Origin: an uncultured Bacilli bacterium
GTDB taxonomy: Bacteria > Bacillota_I > Bacilli_A > RFN20 > CAG-826
Length of the DNA: 64,000 nt
Reading direction: 5' to 3'
NCBI GenBank assembly: GCA_944372115.1
Contig: CALVYH010000002.1
Span: forward strand, 34,898 to 98,897
Shown: positions 62,302 to 64,000 of the stretch, in pieces
Position numbering within the stretch: the first letter of the stretch is position 1
Layout: each line of letters begins with the position of its first letter
Notes under the pieces: model-generated
Databases searched by the model: none
Seen by the model: only the letters and a program-made list of their open reading frames with translations
Told to the model about the DNA's origin: nothing
Translations under genes and position numbers: made by a program

Positions 62302-62825
62302 TTTAAAATTGGAGAAATAGTTAAAGGGATTTCTTTACCATTATTAATAAATTCTTCTAGTGGAATTGAATTTCTTTTATTTTCTTTAGAAAAGTTTTTT
62401 AAATCCTTTGCAAAATAAATAAAGATTTTATTTAAAGATGTAAAATAAACAATTAAAAAAGAAATTCCTCCCATTTCATGGACTCTTAAAATGTGCTCAA
62501 TTTGATTTTTTTGAATATTTTTTAAGGAAAAAGATGTTTTTGATTTTGTTTCTTTTGCTTCAAAATCAATGTATTTTCCTTTATAAATACCATTATAATC
62601 GGTAGTTGATGGTCTTTCAAAAAAAGCCTCAGTTATCGTATTTTCTTTATTTGTTTTTACAACATGTATAGGTGTAGGTTTTTTATATATCAAAGCTTTA
62701 TCAATAAAACGATAAAATTTATTAGAATCATTTATCATTTTTTCTAATGATAAACCTCTATTTTTATATGAAATTATTGATTTATTTTTTTCGTCATTAG
62801 TTATATTAAAAGGGTAATTGATCAT
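62268..62825 (-). CDS. recU: Holliday junction resolvase RecU
   Basis: YKNRGLSLEKMINDSNKFY, KPTPIHVV and DYNGIYKGKYIDFEAKET blocks match RecU. Confidence 0.8.
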   Translation of the reverse strand: MINYPFNITNDEKNKSIISYKNRGLSLEKMINDSNKFYRFIDKALIYKKPTPIHVVKTNKENTITEAFFERPSTTDYNGIYKGKYIDFEAKETKSKTSFSLKNIQKNQIEHILRVHEMGGISFLIVYFTSLNKIFIYFAKDLKNFSKENKRNSIPLEEFINNGKEIPLTISPILNYLVFVDEALR

Positions 62826-63577
62826 TTTAAATCTTCCTCGACATAAGTAATAAAATCTTTATAAGTTACTTTTTGTTCGCTTTCTAATTTTTTTAATATT
62901 TTTCGAAAAGGATTAGGTAATGCAGGCGATCTTCTTAAGACATTTATGTATTGTTCTTTTAAAATAGATTGTTTTGTCAAAAAGGAATCGTATAAATGCA
63001 TTAAATTTAATGAATCGGTTAATGGATCATGAATATTTGTTTCAATATTTGTATGAAAAATTTTTAAAGCATCAATTAAAGATAGTGAAGTATTTCGTTC
63101 ACTTTTTACATACCTTGAAAAAGTTTTAGAAAAATCAACGCTATTTTCGTAAAAATATCTAATAAATGGGTCATCGTTTATACCGCTATTTAAAGCGCTA
63201 TTATGCATTAAGTGTGTATCAAAATTTCCATAATGGAAAAATTTAGCCGGGGTTTTTCCAACGAAGTTTTTAAATCTTTCAATCGCTTCAATAAATGTTA
63301 AACCTTCATTTTCTAATAATTCGTTAGTAATTCCTGTTAAATTTGTTATAAAATCTCCGACAATTTCGTCAATTTTTATATAGCATTTAAAAGTAGAAAT
63401 AACTTTCTTAATAAAATTTTTATTATCTAGAATTGCTTTAACAGCACCAATTGCGATAATTTCTTGACTATATTGAGAGCCTTCAAAATCTATAAAAATA
63501 ATAGTCTTGTAGTTATTTAATATTCTATTAATTTCTTTCATAAAAAACCTATTAATAGTATACCGATAAATATTCAT
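62822..63577 (-). CDS. DEDDh 3'-5' exonuclease (DnaQ/RNase T superfamily)
   Basis: Exo I FIDFEGSQ, Exo II FHYGNFDTHLM, Exo III HDPLTDSLNL. Confidence 0.6.
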   Translation of the reverse strand: MNIYRYTINRFFMKEINRILNNYKTIIFIDFEGSQYSQEIIAIGAVKAILDNKNFIKKVISTFKCYIKIDEIVGDFITNLTGITNELLENEGLTFIEAIERFKNFVGKTPAKFFHYGNFDTHLMHNSALNSGINDDPFIRYFYENSVDFSKTFSRYVKSERNTSLSLIDALKIFHTNIETNIHDPLTDSLNLMHLYDSFLTKQSILKEQYINVLRRSPALPNPFRKILKKLESEQKVTYKDFITYVEEDLK

Positions 63578-63685
63578 ATTTCTATCTTTTTTAATATTTT
63601 TTATTTTAAAATGACGTTTAAATTTCGTTTCTTACTTTTACAAACTTTTTTAAAGAATTATAATAAGTGGCGGAGGAAATATTTA

Positions 63686-64000
63686 TGAAATTTATTGTTG
63701 AAACTAGTGCTAGACATATTCATTTAACACAAGAATCTTTAGAAAAATTATGTGGCGAAGGTTACCAATTAACAGTTAAAAAGGAATTATCACAACCTGG
63801 TCAATTCGCTTCGAATACTAAATTAGACTTAGTTGGTCCAAAAAATACAATTCACGGAGTATCAATTCTTGGTCCAGTAAGAAAAGAAAATCAAGTTGAA
63901 ATTAGTGCAACTGATGCAAGAACTTTAGGCGTTAAAGCTCCTGTTAGAGAATCAGGAGATGTTGCTGGAAGTGCTCCAATTAAAATCGTTAATCCAGAAA
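63686..64000 (+). CDS. pduL: PduL-type phosphate acyltransferase (phosphotransacetylase). The 3' end is truncated by the window.
   Basis: N-terminus MKFIVETSARHIHLTQESLEKLCGEGYQLTVKKELSQPGQFAS...VGPK..IHGVSILGPVR matches the PduL repeat. GGAGG RBS. The ORF runs to the window end. Confidence 0.7.

Overview
This is a low-GC (about 30%) chromosomal segment that is mostly core genome, read under the standard genetic code (long ORFs intact, TGG used for Trp). Gene content and order match the origin-proximal region of a Firmicutes-lineage chromosome: the C-terminal part of gdpP, then rplI, dnaB, a walJ-like MBL hydrolase and rlmH. Further along come the sufCDSUB operon, mnmG-rsmG-parA-parB, cmk-der, hup, dnaD-nth and recU. 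No peptidoglycan genes appear; in particular ponA is missing beside recU. Together with the many lipoproteins and a glycolipid-synthesis gene pair, this suggests a wall-less, Mollicutes-like organism (Acholeplasma-like or Erysipelotrichia-related), but that is inference. Energy-metabolism genes form a fermentative set: pyruvate:ferredoxin oxidoreductase, NfnAB-like ferredoxin:NADP oxidoreductase, a small 4Fe-4S ferredoxin and a PduL-type phosphotransacylase. There is a nucleoside (BMP lipoprotein) ABC transporter operon preceded by a structured leader of unassigned class. A clear FMN riboswitch precedes an ECF riboflavin S-component (ribU). The most unusual features are: a single ORF fusing a GPH/MFS symporter to a complete GH2 (beta-glucuronidase-like) catalytic domain; a serpin lipoprotein downstream of a heterodimeric ABC exporter; a tandem pair of large PrsA/SurA-like acidic lipoproteins; an EamA transporter gene with both a nonsense codon and a frameshift; a ParB with a degenerate CTP-binding motif; and a minimal 211-aa CCA/poly(A)-polymerase-like nucleotidyltransferase. 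I found no CRISPR array, rRNA or tRNA gene, and no obvious mobile element.
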